DNA from: Promethearchaeota archaeon
Lineage (GTDB): Archaea > Asgardarchaeota > Lokiarchaeia > Sigyniarchaeales > SOKP01
DNA length: 64,000 nucleotides
Reading direction: 5' to 3'
Assembly (NCBI GenBank): GCA_016840165.1
Contig: JAEOSU010000072.1
Location: 270,566 to 334,565, forward strand
Within the stretch, counting starts at the first letter, position 1. Every line of letters starts with the position of its first letter. Below are positions 38,110 to 48,763 of this stretch, one piece after another. The notes under the pieces are model-generated. The model did not search any database, was not told the DNA's origin, and saw only the letters and a list, made by a program, of their open reading frames with translations. The translations under genes and the position numbers were made by a program.

Positions 38110-38964
38110 TTATGAGATAAAGACTTTCCCTTCTTCAATCTTTAAAAACCCTTCTTTTTCTAACTGAGTTAAGATTTTATGAATTGACTGCGAATTTATT
38201 TTTAATTTTTCTGAGAGATTTGAAATAAGGCTTTCGGAATTTTTAAGGAGATATCTAAGAATCTTACCCCGCAGCTCTCGAGTAGAACCTTTAAATTTTG
38301 ATTGTTTTCGATAATGGACACTTCTTTTATTTAATTCAGGGTGAGTCTTTTTTAACATTACTCCATAATCCATGAGTGCATAATACCATTCACGTGGTTT
38401 TTCAAAATCCAAAGTTTTCTTAATAATAGGTAATATGTACTCATCAGAAACAGAATTGGAACCAGGGAAGAAGAAATAGATATAGACACGCCGTATATTG
38501 GTTTCGATAAAATAAGTTGGGAGATTATATGCAAAGGTTTTTATAGAACAGGCGGTATTATAGCCAATTTGGGGAAAAGATTTTAAAATCTCTATATCCG
38601 CGGGGAGTTTGCCTTCATATTCTTCAACTACCTTTTTTGCGATATTTTTTAACGCAATCGCTCGTTTATTGTATCCTAAACCTTGCCACTTATTTAAAAC
38701 TTTCTCTAAAGGTGCATTCATAAGTGTTTTAAAATCAGGAAATGCCGAAATAAATTCGGTAAATTTTTCTGAAACTCGGTTTGTTTGAGTTTGTTGAAGC
38801 ATAATTTCTGATACTAATACATTATAGGGGCTAATATTTCTTCTAAATGGAAAATCTCGTTTATTATTTTTATAATAAGAGTAAATTAGTTCTTGAAATG
38901 TCCCAATAACTTCCTTATTTAGGTTTTTAGCCCGATATAGCTTATGAAAATCAGTAATGAACAT
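38110..38964 (-). CDS. mutY: A/G-specific adenine glycosylase, HhH-GPD family, lacking Fe-S motif
   Basis: PYNVLVSEIMLQQT, WQGLGYNKRA, PQIGYNTA HhH, ALMDYG; C-terminal HTH. Confidence 0.8.
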   Translation of the reverse strand: MFITDFHKLYRAKNLNKEVIGTFQELIYSYYKNNKRDFPFRRNISPYNVLVSEIMLQQTQTNRVSEKFTEFISAFPDFKTLMNAPLEKVLNKWQGLGYNKRAIALKNIAKKVVEEYEGKLPADIEILKSFPQIGYNTACSIKTFAYNLPTYFIETNIRRVYIYFFFPGSNSVSDEYILPIIKKTLDFEKPREWYYALMDYGVMLKKTHPELNKRSVHYRKQSKFKGSTRELRGKILRYLLKNSESLISNLSEKLKINSQSIHKILTQLEKEGFLKIEEGKVFIS

Positions 38965-39062
38965 TTTGAAACCACCAGATATATTACTTCTAAAGATAAT
39001 TAAGAAATGATAAAGAATTTAATTGATATAAAAAATAAACGGAGATATTCAAAAAAAGAGAA

Positions 39063-40979
39063 TTATTTTGCGATGTTAAAAGCGAATTCTGTAACTCCAC
39101 CCTCAATTTTCTTTAAGTTCAATTTATAACCTGAAGTGTCAATAATATGTAACATTGGACGATTTTCAAGAAGAATTGAGCCTCCAAACGTCTTATAATT
39201 TAGTTCTCTTCCTATTTTAACTAAATAATTGAGTAAAAACCGAGTAATACCTAACCCACGCCAATCCTTATGGACTACAAAGGCTAACTCTGCAAGAGAA
39301 GGCTTTATTGTTTTAAAAAATGCTCCGATGGCTACTATCTTATCTTCTCCTCCTTCACTATAAATCACTACTAATATCATATCAGTAGAATAATCGATAT
39401 TTACCATTGGTTGGATCTTTTTATGACGAAAATCTTGTACCGGTGAGAAGAATCTAAGGTACCTATCCTTTTCATCTAAGGAATAGTGGAGTTCTTGCAT
39501 CATTCTTTCATCAGTAGGTTTAACAGGTCGAATTTTGACCTTTTTTCCATTTTTCAAGGTAAGAGATGTTTCATATTTTTCTGGATAAATGCTTATACGC
39601 CCATCTATCGAAATAGGTAACTTTTGATCTGAATATATGTAATTCCATTTCTTTGCATGCTCTAAAAGCTCTTCTCGAAAGTCTGGATGAGCAATATTTA
39701 TCATTTCTAGTACTCTTTCTCTTATACTTTTTCCATAGAGATATGCTAAGCCCCATTCCGTTGCAACATAATGTATATCCCCTCTAGTAATCACTACACC
39801 TGATCCAGGTTGGAGATATGGTACGATTCTTGAAACAATAGTTCCATCTTTCAATGTTGCTGTTGATGGTAAAACCATTATGGGTTTTCCCTCTTTTGCT
39901 CTTCCCGCTCCTCTTACGAAGTCTACTTGTCCACCTATTCCACTGTAGAATTGGTGACCTAATGAGTCCGAATTAACTTGTCCTGTTAAATCTACAGAAA
40001 GAGCAGCATTGATTGCTACTTGCTTTTTATTCTGGCTGATGATATATGGATCATTTGTATAATCACAGGGATGAAATTCAACCATAGGATTATCATCTAC
40101 GAAATTGTATAATTTTCTTGATCCCATAACAAACGAGCAAATGATTTTATCTTTATGAATAGTCTTCTTTTTGCATGTCACTACACCTTCTTCGACTAAG
40201 TCCACTATCCCATCTGAAAAAACCTCACTATGAACTCCCAGATCTTTCTTTTTCATTAATTCTTGAGTAACTGCATTTGGTATTTCCCCAATTCCCATTT
40301 GAATAGTAGATTCATCCTCAATTAATGAGGAGACAAATCTAGCAATCTTTCTTGAGTTCTCATTTGGCTCGCCATAGGAAAAGTCTATAACATTATGCGT
40401 TGTGGAAACATAAGCATCTATGTCGTCCATGTGTATAAAAGAATCACCTAAAGTCCGAGGCATATTTGGATTAATTTCAGCGATTACATAATCAGCTGCT
40501 TCAGCAATTGGCTTAACAATGTCTACATTAATCCCATAACTACAAAAGCCATACCTGTCAGGAGGGCTTACTTGGATGAGAGCAGTGTCTAAATGCATTT
40601 TTCCTAATTTAAATAACCACGGGATTTCTGATAACAACATCGGGGTGTAATCTGCTTGTCCGTCCCTTATATATTTTCGGAGTGATTTGCCAATAAAGAA
40701 TGCATTATGTCTAAATAGATCCTCTATCCCTCCTGCTGTTTCATAATAGTCTAGATCACTTAGACTGAGAAAATGCAATATCTCAATATCAGGTAGCTCG
40801 GGTCCGAGTTCAATTAACTTTCTTGTTAAATCAATTGGTTCTGCACAACCAGAATCAATAAAAATTCTGTCTCCGGGCTTGATATATTTTTTTATTGCGT
40901 TTGTTAAAGACACTTCCTTCTTTTTATAGTTTTGTAAGGGTTTTAAGATGTCATCATTTTTATAGGAGCACATAATCAT
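39063..40979 (-). CDS. Acetyl-CoA hydrolase/4-hydroxybutyrate CoA-transferase fused to C-terminal GNAT domain
   Basis: QMGIGEIP, HSEVF, SGIGGQVDF, TEWG; C-terminal IRPVKPTD..RYLRFF..AELAFVV..RGLGI. Confidence 0.88.
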   Translation of the reverse strand: MIMCSYKNDDILKPLQNYKKKEVSLTNAIKKYIKPGDRIFIDSGCAEPIDLTRKLIELGPELPDIEILHFLSLSDLDYYETAGGIEDLFRHNAFFIGKSLRKYIRDGQADYTPMLLSEIPWLFKLGKMHLDTALIQVSPPDRYGFCSYGINVDIVKPIAEAADYVIAEINPNMPRTLGDSFIHMDDIDAYVSTTHNVIDFSYGEPNENSRKIARFVSSLIEDESTIQMGIGEIPNAVTQELMKKKDLGVHSEVFSDGIVDLVEEGVVTCKKKTIHKDKIICSFVMGSRKLYNFVDDNPMVEFHPCDYTNDPYIISQNKKQVAINAALSVDLTGQVNSDSLGHQFYSGIGGQVDFVRGAGRAKEGKPIMVLPSTATLKDGTIVSRIVPYLQPGSGVVITRGDIHYVATEWGLAYLYGKSIRERVLEMINIAHPDFREELLEHAKKWNYIYSDQKLPISIDGRISIYPEKYETSLTLKNGKKVKIRPVKPTDERMMQELHYSLDEKDRYLRFFSPVQDFRHKKIQPMVNIDYSTDMILVVIYSEGGEDKIVAIGAFFKTIKPSLAELAFVVHKDWRGLGITRFLLNYLVKIGRELNYKTFGGSILLENRPMLHIIDTSGYKLNLKKIEGGVTEFAFNIAK

Positions 40980-41074
40980 TTCTCATAAATAATTATCAAT
41001 CAACTAGGGATAGGTTTTTACCAATTTTAAATGAAACGATTACAAATTCTAGGATATTAGAGATTATTACCTTC

Positions 41075-41719
41075 CTAAGAAGAGATGGTAGCGAATTCGT
41101 GTTTTTCTAGCGCTTTTAGAATTAATTTTACTGTTTTATTGATATATTTGCCTTTTTGAATCTTACATGTTTGAGCCACTTTTCTAAAGTTAAAGGATTC
41201 TGCCAATCCATCTAAATATGAAAGATTATATAAAATAGAGATATTTTTATTATTTCGCATGGATAATTTATCTAATTCTCTTTTAATTTCGTTGTTGGAT
41301 ATTCCATTGTTTTTGCTTTTTACTCTTTTGACTACTTCGTCAATACTGTCTTTAAATTGGATATCTCGCATCTTAGATATTAATGAGCTCAATACAATTG
41401 TATACAATATTAACACATCAAACTTCGTTCCTTGCATTGTAGCAAGTTTTATTTGGATATCTTGTAAAATTTCTTGAATATAATTTTCATCCATACCTTT
41501 TATTTTCTTAAAAGGTGCGAAAAATTTGGAATATTTCTCCTCTAAAAATAGATGAAGGTTCTTATAAAATAAAGTTTTAAAACGTTTTATCACTAAACCG
41601 GAATTTTTGATACGTACTGAAATCTCAGGAGTTCTACCTAATATTGTATCAGCCCCTGCTTTATAGAATTGCTGTTCTATAAGATTATCGGTCGCAATAA
41701 CTAATCGCTTCATAACCAT
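41075..41719 (-). CDS. Hypothetical protein
   Basis: 214-codon ORF, no recognised motif. Confidence 0.65.
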   Translation of the reverse strand: MVMKRLVIATDNLIEQQFYKAGADTILGRTPEISVRIKNSGLVIKRFKTLFYKNLHLFLEEKYSKFFAPFKKIKGMDENYIQEILQDIQIKLATMQGTKFDVLILYTIVLSSLISKMRDIQFKDSIDEVVKRVKSKNNGISNNEIKRELDKLSMRNNKNISILYNLSYLDGLAESFNFRKVAQTCKIQKGKYINKTVKLILKALEKHEFATISS

Positions 41720-41994
41720 TGATATTAGAAAACCCCTAAAAGATCCTATTTATCATTCTAAATTGACTCTAACCAATAATAAAATTACTTGGATTTAATA
41801 TTTTGCAAATAGAAAAATCATGAATAAGTTATTTAGGTGAGAGAGATTTTACTTGATTTATAGGAAATTAATTATCAAATGAAACAAATAGTTCTACAAA
41901 ATAAAATTTATTACTAAGATTATCATGTATATCATAACCAATATATTAAAAAAGTTATAGACTTTAAATAAATTTTTAATAAATATAAACGAGG

Positions 41995-43722
41995 TTGTCA
42001 TTAGTGGGATTAAAATTAGCAACAACGTTTGCTATTATGTTTCTTTTTGCTCTAGTGTATGCCGTGGTTTTTGCGATCGGTATTTGGTTCCTTCCCGCGG
42101 ATCTATTTGGATTATTAATAATGGTGGGATTCACTCTTTTAATTGTTCTTTTCCAATATGGTATTTCCCCTTATATAATTCAGTGGATATATCGAATCGA
42201 TTGGATTCCTTATGAAAATTTTGAACGACAATATCCCCATCTTTCTGAAGCTGTCGATAAGGTAGTGGCATTACAAGGAATCAAACATCCAAGAATGGGT
42301 ATTATTCATGATGGGAATCCTAATGCTTTTACTTTCGGACACACTAAAAATAACGCAAGAATCGTAATAACTGATGGAATTTTACAATTTTTAGATGAGG
42401 AAGAACAGACGGCAGTTGTAGCTCATGAATTAGGGCATGTGGTGCATAATGATTTTATAATTATGACGGTAGTTTTTGCTATACCATTAATTTTATTAAC
42501 CATTGCTCGATGGTCGTATTATGCAGCACGGTTTTCTGGGAGGAGATCTGGTGATCGTGACGAAGGAGGAAATATTGCGTTATTATTGCTTGCAATTGCG
42601 GTTCTGTCATTCATCTCTTATTATATTGGGTATTTAATATCATTAGTTGTCAGTAGAATTAGAGAATATTATGCGGACGAACATTCAGCAGAATTGACGG
42701 AAGATCCTAATACTTTATCTACTGCCTTGGTAAAAATAGCATACGGATTACTTGTTGGAGGCTCCGAAGTAGAAATTAAAGAAAGAAATAAATCTAAAGT
42801 AAGAGCCCTTCGGGGGTTAGGTATATTTGATCCTAAAAAGGCAAGTCACTTTGCTGTGGAAGGAGTAGGAAAAGCAGGTACAATTTCAAATGACGCAATT
42901 CAGAAAGCAGCTGGCTGGGATCTATTTAATCCTTGGGCTAAGTACTTTCAAATATTCAGTACTCACCCTTTACCTGCTAAACGTATACAAAGATTAAATG
43001 AGCAATGTGAAACTTACGGAAAATCTGCAGAGATTGATTTTTCCGGGGCGAGAGAATTGAAAAAACTTCAAGTGGGAAAATCTATGGCCGGAGAATTCTT
43101 AACGGATGTAATCGTGAAGATATTACCTTCTATAATATTTGTCTTATTACTCATTTTCACAGGTCTTTGGGTTTTTGGATTTTTCTTTTCGACCCCGTTC
43201 AGTACATTAACCACTCTTCAAAATTTATTGCTTCTTTGGGCGGTTGGCTTTGTCATCATAGGTTTAGGATACATCATACGAACCTCCTACATGTATCGAG
43301 GCGGTTTTGAGCCAAAATCAGTATTAGATTTAGTAACAGTGATAAACGTATCACCCGTTCGTCCTGTGCCCGCGATAATTGAGGGAAAAATAATTGGAAA
43401 AGGCATACCCGGATATTATTTTAGCGATGATCTCTTTTTCCAAGACGAAACAGGCTTGTTATATATTGATTATCGATTCGGATTGAGTATTATGGACTTT
43501 TTTTGGGCAATCGCAAGAGTTAATCGGTTAATAGGGCAAAAAGTAAGAATTCGAGGGTGGTACCGAAGAGGTCCAAGCCCCTACTTACAAATAGACAGGT
43601 TAGAAACAGAAAGCGGAAAAACGTATCGCAATTATTCTAAACACCTAACTTATATAGGAGCCGTGATATTCTTTTTAATCGGAGCTGCGCTTTTCTATTT
43701 CTGGTTCACATTACCATTTTAA
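41995..43722 (+). CDS. htpX: HtpX-type M48 zinc metalloprotease with C-terminal TM and beta-rich extension
   Basis: PNAFTFG, AHELGH, SRIREYYAD, STHP. Confidence 0.85.
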   Translation: MSLVGLKLATTFAIMFLFALVYAVVFAIGIWFLPADLFGLLIMVGFTLLIVLFQYGISPYIIQWIYRIDWIPYENFERQYPHLSEAVDKVVALQGIKHPRMGIIHDGNPNAFTFGHTKNNARIVITDGILQFLDEEEQTAVVAHELGHVVHNDFIIMTVVFAIPLILLTIARWSYYAARFSGRRSGDRDEGGNIALLLLAIAVLSFISYYIGYLISLVVSRIREYYADEHSAELTEDPNTLSTALVKIAYGLLVGGSEVEIKERNKSKVRALRGLGIFDPKKASHFAVEGVGKAGTISNDAIQKAAGWDLFNPWAKYFQIFSTHPLPAKRIQRLNEQCETYGKSAEIDFSGARELKKLQVGKSMAGEFLTDVIVKILPSIIFVLLLIFTGLWVFGFFFSTPFSTLTTLQNLLLLWAVGFVIIGLGYIIRTSYMYRGGFEPKSVLDLVTVINVSPVRPVPAIIEGKIIGKGIPGYYFSDDLFFQDETGLLYIDYRFGLSIMDFFWAIARVNRLIGQKVRIRGWYRRGPSPYLQIDRLETESGKTYRNYSKHLTYIGAVIFFLIGAALFYFWFTLPF

Positions 43723-43779
43723 TTAATATTTTTTTATTTCATTTATTTAATTAATACTAACATATAATTTATTAAAATC

Positions 43780-45054
43780 ATGAACAATAATAATAAAGTT
43801 GAATTAATGGCTCCTTTGAAGAATCTGAAGTCTTTAAAAGCAGTAATTCCTTATGCCGATGCCGTTTATTTTGGAGTAGAGTCTTTTAATATGAGAATGT
43901 TCAGCGATAATATTCAATTACACAATTTAAGTGAGGTTACTAAGATTTGCCACAAAAATAACATAAAAGCTTATCTTACAACAAATATCATAATATATGA
44001 AAATGAGTTTGAAGTCCTTGATAATGTCCTAGAAGAAGCGAAAAGCGCGGAAATTGACGCAGTTATTATACATGATATAGGAGCAATTGAACTAACGAAG
44101 GAGAAGGGATTACCATTTCATATCTCAACCCAAGCAAATGTTTCAAATTCGCGATCTGCACGGTTTTATGAAAATCTAGGTGCTTCTCGACTGATCCTTG
44201 CTCGAGAGTTAAGTTTAAAACAAATAACAGAGATTGGAAACTCACTGAATTCTGTTGAAATTGAAACTTTTGTTCATGGTGCTCAATGCACCTCTATTTC
44301 TGGGCGCTGCTATTTCTCTGCGGAAATTTGCAAAACTCAAGAATATTCCGCGAATCGAGGGAAATGCATTCAACCCTGCCGTCGAAGATGGAGAGTTTAT
44401 GATGATCAATCTAATGAGTTCCTCTATGATGGGGTCTTCTTCATCAATGCAAAAGATCTATGTATGATAGAGTATATTCCAGAGCTAATCGAAGCAAAAA
44501 TTGATGCATTTAAGATTGAAGGACGAATGAGAGATCCTATCTATATAGAAGAGACCACTTCTTGTTATAAAGAGGCAATAGAGGCATATAATAATAATGA
44601 TTTTACAAAAGAAAGGGTCCAAAACTGGCTTAAACGATTAAGTAAAGTATACAATAGAGGTTTTTCTACGGGCTTTTATTTCGGGACTCCTCTGGGAAGC
44701 GAAATTCAGCAAGATTATGATGGTAATGTCTCTGAATATAAAAAGGTGGAAATTGGAAAGGTTCTATCTTATTTTCCCGAGAAGAAAGCAGCTAAAATTC
44801 TATTAACTAAAGGACAGTTAAAGATTGATGATGAGATTTTTATTATCGGTACAAATACCGACACCTATCTTAAACAGAAAATTTCTTCGCTCCAAATTAA
44901 ACAAAAACAGAACTTAACCGAAACACCATTCGTGAGTTCTAAAGATAAACGATTAACTGTTGGAATCTTAGTAGATAAAACAGTAAAAAAAAATGATAAA
45001 ATTTTCAGATTTCAAAAGGAACTTAATATAAATTCAAAAGAGACTAATAAGTGA
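43780..45054 (+). CDS. U32 peptidase-family Fe-S protein (RNA hydroxylase-like)
   Basis: ELMAP, ADAVYFG, HISTQAN, LAREL, HGAQC.SISGRC, RGKCIQPCR, KIEGR. Confidence 0.88.
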   Translation: MNNNNKVELMAPLKNLKSLKAVIPYADAVYFGVESFNMRMFSDNIQLHNLSEVTKICHKNNIKAYLTTNIIIYENEFEVLDNVLEEAKSAEIDAVIIHDIGAIELTKEKGLPFHISTQANVSNSRSARFYENLGASRLILARELSLKQITEIGNSLNSVEIETFVHGAQCTSISGRCYFSAEICKTQEYSANRGKCIQPCRRRWRVYDDQSNEFLYDGVFFINAKDLCMIEYIPELIEAKIDAFKIEGRMRDPIYIEETTSCYKEAIEAYNNNDFTKERVQNWLKRLSKVYNRGFSTGFYFGTPLGSEIQQDYDGNVSEYKKVEIGKVLSYFPEKKAAKILLTKGQLKIDDEIFIIGTNTDTYLKQKISSLQIKQKQNLTETPFVSSKDKRLTVGILVDKTVKKNDKIFRFQKELNINSKETNK

Positions 45055-45129
45055 ATTTAAATAGAAAATAAAAAAAAATTAGGAAAGATTTTGCGAAAGA
45101 TTTGGAGTTAATTAAAGATATAGATTATC

Positions 45130-45564
45130 TTATAAATCTTCTGCTAAATCTTCATATGCTTCCAAGGCTAATTCAATAATTTCTTGGAAAGCCATGGCAT
45201 CTTGAAGATTTCCTTCGACTGTGATGTCACCGGCCATATAAGCACTCGTTGCATCAACCTCGCCGAAGAGCATTCCTGCTCCGACTTCTTTCGTTGCTGA
45301 AAATGTAAAGGATGGACTATCAATTTCGCCTTCACCAAATTCTAATGTTCCATCATGGGCTTTTAGCCAAAACTTCGCATCAGCGTCTGTGGTAATCATC
45401 TGAATGGCGATATCCATATCTTCTAATTCTTCTTTTAAATCTTCATTTTCTTCAGCAATTTGCTTGAAAAGCTCAAACATTTTTAAAGTATCCTTGACAT
45501 CGGCTGCGGCAGCACCCGCGTCAATTTTGACTTTTACTTCTTTTATTAAGCCTTCATCAACCAT
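45130..45564 (-). CDS. SCP2 sterol/lipid-binding domain protein
   Basis: GEVDATSAYMAGDITVEGNL signature. Confidence 0.85.
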   Translation of the reverse strand: MVDEGLIKEVKVKIDAGAAAADVKDTLKMFELFKQIAEENEDLKEELEDMDIAIQMITTDADAKFWLKAHDGTLEFGEGEIDSPSFTFSATKEVGAGMLFGEVDATSAYMAGDITVEGNLQDAMAFQEIIELALEAYEDLAEDL

Positions 45565-45848
45565 TTTGATTTTTCAACCTATTTTTTATATTTTTGTTCT
45601 TAATTAATTTCATAGATAAATAAATACTATTAATTATAACTTTTTAATATATAAAAAGATTTTATTTCTTCCTATATATTCATATGCAATATTTGAAGCA
45701 TAGCTTTTTTAATTAACTGTTTTTTACGACATTAATAGTAATTTTATATTGGGAGAGGCATAATTTTTGTCGAGTCCGTGCTATTGGAGCATGGGAGTAA
45801 AATTAAGAAAATTAAATCATATAGTTATGAAAATTAGAGATATAGAAA

Positions 45849-45926
45849 TGGCGCCCACACCGGGATTTGAACCCGGGTCGCAGGAGTGACAGTCCCGAAT
45901 GCTGGACCGGACTACACTATGTGGGC
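45849..45926 (-). tRNA. tRNA-Asp(GTC), CCA encoded, no intron
   Basis: Acceptor GCCCACA/TGTGGGC, anticodon arm CGGGA-CTGTCAC-TCCTG, T arm CCGGG-TTCAAAT-CCCGG, ends GCCA. Confidence 0.95.
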
Positions 45927-46133
45927 TTAGGTGCCTTATGAGGGTCTAATAAATCTTGATAGTATAACAAAAGAAAGAAAGAACCCTATAAAAATTTTAT
46001 TCTCAATTGAAAAGAGAATTTATGCGATTAGATATTTTATAAATTGAAAAAAAATTTAAGTTAGTTTTTAGATTATTAAATTAAAGGTATAAGATTTAGA
46101 GAGAATTGGTTTTTTTATAAGTAAATTTTAGCG

Positions 46134-46574
46134 ATGATAGACAGAAGCTCATTAAATTCAATATTCAATGGACTTTTAGATGATAATGAGAAATTTGTTT
46201 CAGTGATTGATAGGATAATCAATGCAGGGGTAAAACTTATCAATAAAACCGAAGAATTAAGGGAGGGATTGGTGGGATTCAATGGAATATATCAAACATA
46301 CATTGAAGATGCTGATTTTAATTATTGGTTCAAAGTTTCTGATAATAAGTTAGAATATGAAAAAGGAGAGCACCCTGATGCGCCATTCAGCTGTTACTTT
46401 ACTAAAGAGTTATTCATTAAAATATTAAAGAGGGAAAGGAGTGGTACTGAGGAGTTTTTAAAAGGAAGACTCAGAGTTGGCGGAGATCTTTCTCAAGGAT
46501 TAAAATATGTGAAATTTCATCGTATGTTTTTTAAGTATTTACAATTGAAGAATGGAAACAATAAAAATAATTAA
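46134..46574 (+). CDS. SCP2 domain protein
   Basis: SGTEEFLKGRLRVGGDL signature. Confidence 0.75.
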   Translation: MIDRSSLNSIFNGLLDDNEKFVSVIDRIINAGVKLINKTEELREGLVGFNGIYQTYIEDADFNYWFKVSDNKLEYEKGEHPDAPFSCYFTKELFIKILKRERSGTEEFLKGRLRVGGDLSQGLKYVKFHRMFFKYLQLKNGNNKNN

Positions 46575-46693
46575 GGCAATTATTATCGCTATATTATATG
46601 GAATTTTAAACTATCTCTCTTTAATATGATTATAATTTATTTTCTTTAATAGAAATCATTTAACTATGAAAGAACAGGAGTTTTCCCTTCTCG

Positions 46694-47143
46694 ATGATGA
46701 TAGACTCTAATAGAATCTCAATAATGCTGCAGTCGCTAGAATCGACAGATGAGCAATTTAAAGCTAATATTGACAAAATAATTAAGATTGGATTAGAAAT
46801 AGCGAATAATACTATAGAATTCAAGGATGAGATGATTTGTTATGGAGATTTCATATGTCACGTCTATATAAAAGATTTGGACTTTAACATCTGGGTTAAT
46901 AGTTATCAAGGCAAATTATCCTATAATACTAATTATTACGAGAGTCACAGTAATGATAAAACGATTATTCATTTTATTCTAAAAAAAGACATTTTAAAGA
47001 AAATAATTAATCAGAAAATGTATCCCTCAGAAGCTTACATGAAAGGATTAGTCGAAATAGAAGGGAGTCTCGCGGATGCAATGAAAATCAAGAATTTAGT
47101 CCGCTATTTTTTCAAACTTCTACGCTATCTTGTTGATAAATAA
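46694..47143 (+). CDS. SCP2 domain protein
   Basis: PSEAYMKGLVEIEGSL signature. Confidence 0.75.
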   Translation: MMIDSNRISIMLQSLESTDEQFKANIDKIIKIGLEIANNTIEFKDEMICYGDFICHVYIKDLDFNIWVNSYQGKLSYNTNYYESHSNDKTIIHFILKKDILKKIINQKMYPSEAYMKGLVEIEGSLADAMKIKNLVRYFFKLLRYLVDK

Positions 47144-47223
47144 AATCCCTAAAATTTTTATTGTCATTATCCTTTATTATTAAAAGAACCTATCATATTT
47201 ACTAATTAGGTACCAGTTTCCTA

Positions 47224-47358
47224 GGGCCTATAATCTAGTCTGGATTATGAGACTCGTGTTTACGGTCTGATCCGGAGAGGGTGCCCGGCTTCGGACTGGG
47301 ATTTTAATTCCGATTAGGTATTAACCCAAAGTCGCAGGTTCGAATCCTGCTAGGCCCA
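47224..47358 (+). tRNA. tRNA-Arg(TCG) with two non-canonical introns (47246-47277 in D-loop, 47303-47330 in variable loop)
   Basis: Acceptor GGGCCTA/TAGGCCC, anticodon arm CCCGG-CTTCGGA-CTGGG, A20 identity element, T arm GCAGG-TTCGAAT-CCTGC; removing both BHB-like introns leaves a 75-nt cloverleaf. Confidence 0.85.
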
Positions 47359-47504
47359 TTATTTATATTTTGCTGGATGTTATTTCAATAAAGAAAAATT
47401 TAGTTCCACCTAATTAATAACTTATAAAGATTAGACTTATATGTGAAATTGGGATAATTCTATAAATAGAAGATGTTGAGATTCTTCATATAAGGTGCTC
47501 GAAT

Positions 47505-47702
47505 ATGCATGTCCTTTTGGTCTATAAATCACGTAGTTCTTTTTTATGGTTAGTATTTAGAAAAAACGGAGTAATGATAAAAAATTATCGCCTTGATACC
47601 GGTAAAGAATCAATTTTTCTATCTTATCCCGATTTCGAAGAATATAGAGCTATTTTTTTGAAAGAAAATAAGAAAAAAAGAACTTCAAGAATTACCCCCT
47701 AA
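47505..47702 (+). CDS. Small hypothetical protein
   Basis: 65 codons, AGGTG 8 nt upstream of ATG. Confidence 0.4.
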   Translation: MHVLLVYKSRSSFLWLVFRKNGVMIKNYRLDTGKESIFLSYPDFEEYRAIFLKENKKKRTSRITP

Positions 47703-47959
47703 TTAAAATTTTAATCTCAACATCTTCCTTCGCCTAATATTTTCAATAAAGCTTTTTTTGTGGTAAAAATTAATTTTTGAGTACATCTTAATATATAACA
47801 AAAGAATGACATAAAAGTGAATAAATTATTAAGAATAAATTTTCAAGGAAATCGCGTGAAAAAGAAAACATTTAAATATATGCAAAAACATTTTAGTTAT
47901 TAGCACAAATTATTTAGTTTATACACAAACACAAACTTTTTATAATTTTTTACCACAAA

Positions 47960-48763
47960 ATGATTGTTTTAGAAAATGATCTTATTCAAGAGGAAATAAA
48001 TGGTTCAAATTCAGTGAACCTCCTTGGAATAGGTTTAGTCTCAATTTCAGGTAATAGAGCTAATACAATCTATAAAAAGGGAATTGGGAACGGATTATTA
48101 AAAACTTTAGTAAAATTCTATAAAGACCAAATTATTAAAAAACGTGAAGGAAAGATAATTGATTTGTTAGGATCGTATACAATATATATCCACTTTTTTG
48201 ATATTAAGTCAGATATCTTCACGATTTTTTATGTGAATGAAAAAGATAAGCTAATCCGTTATGATAATTTATGTTTAATTTCTAATTTGCTCTTGAAAAG
48301 CTTTTGTAAGAATAGTTCAGAAGCAAAGATTAATATTGTATGCGAACGTGTCATCCCGAAAGTTTCTGGAGTAACAGCATTATTTATCATAAGTCAAGCA
48401 GGACATGCTCTATTTACAAGGATCAATAAAGAAAAGAAATTTCTTATAGAGAATTATATTCAAATTGGGGGATTTCTTTCTGCAATCACAGCATTTTCGC
48501 AAGAGGTCATCGGAAAAGAATCAGGAGAAAATTTAGAAGCAATCAACTTTCAGAATCAACAATTTATCCTTAAAGTCAAAGAACAATTAATTTTTGCTTA
48601 TCTATTGGAAAATAATATGAATCTGGATCACGTTAATAGATTTATGGAATTAGTAGCAGAAGAATTTTTTGATTTATATCACAATCAGATAAATAATTTT
48701 AATGGCGATATTGAACCTTTTACTTCTTTTAAAAGTATAGTAGACAAATATTTTATAATTTAA
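47960..48763 (+). CDS. Longin/roadblock-like domain protein (eukaryotic-signature type)
   Basis: C-terminal ALFIISQAGHALF..IGGFLSAITAFSQEV..LEAINF..EEFFDLY..FNGDIEPF pattern; degenerate N-terminal domain. Confidence 0.65.
   Translation: MIVLENDLIQEEINGSNSVNLLGIGLVSISGNRANTIYKKGIGNGLLKTLVKFYKDQIIKKREGKIIDLLGSYTIYIHFFDIKSDIFTIFYVNEKDKLIRYDNLCLISNLLLKSFCKNSSEAKINIVCERVIPKVSGVTALFIISQAGHALFTRINKEKKFLIENYIQIGGFLSAITAFSQEVIGKESGENLEAINFQNQQFILKVKEQLIFAYLLENNMNLDHVNRFMELVAEEFFDLYHNQINNFNGDIEPFTSFKSIVDKYFII

Noticed and set aside
47224-47358. Reading the tRNA as Val(TAC) or Lys(TTT)
   Set aside because: Those triplets fall in the predicted introns and give no clean anticodon stem; Arg(TCG) gives a full cloverleaf with A20.
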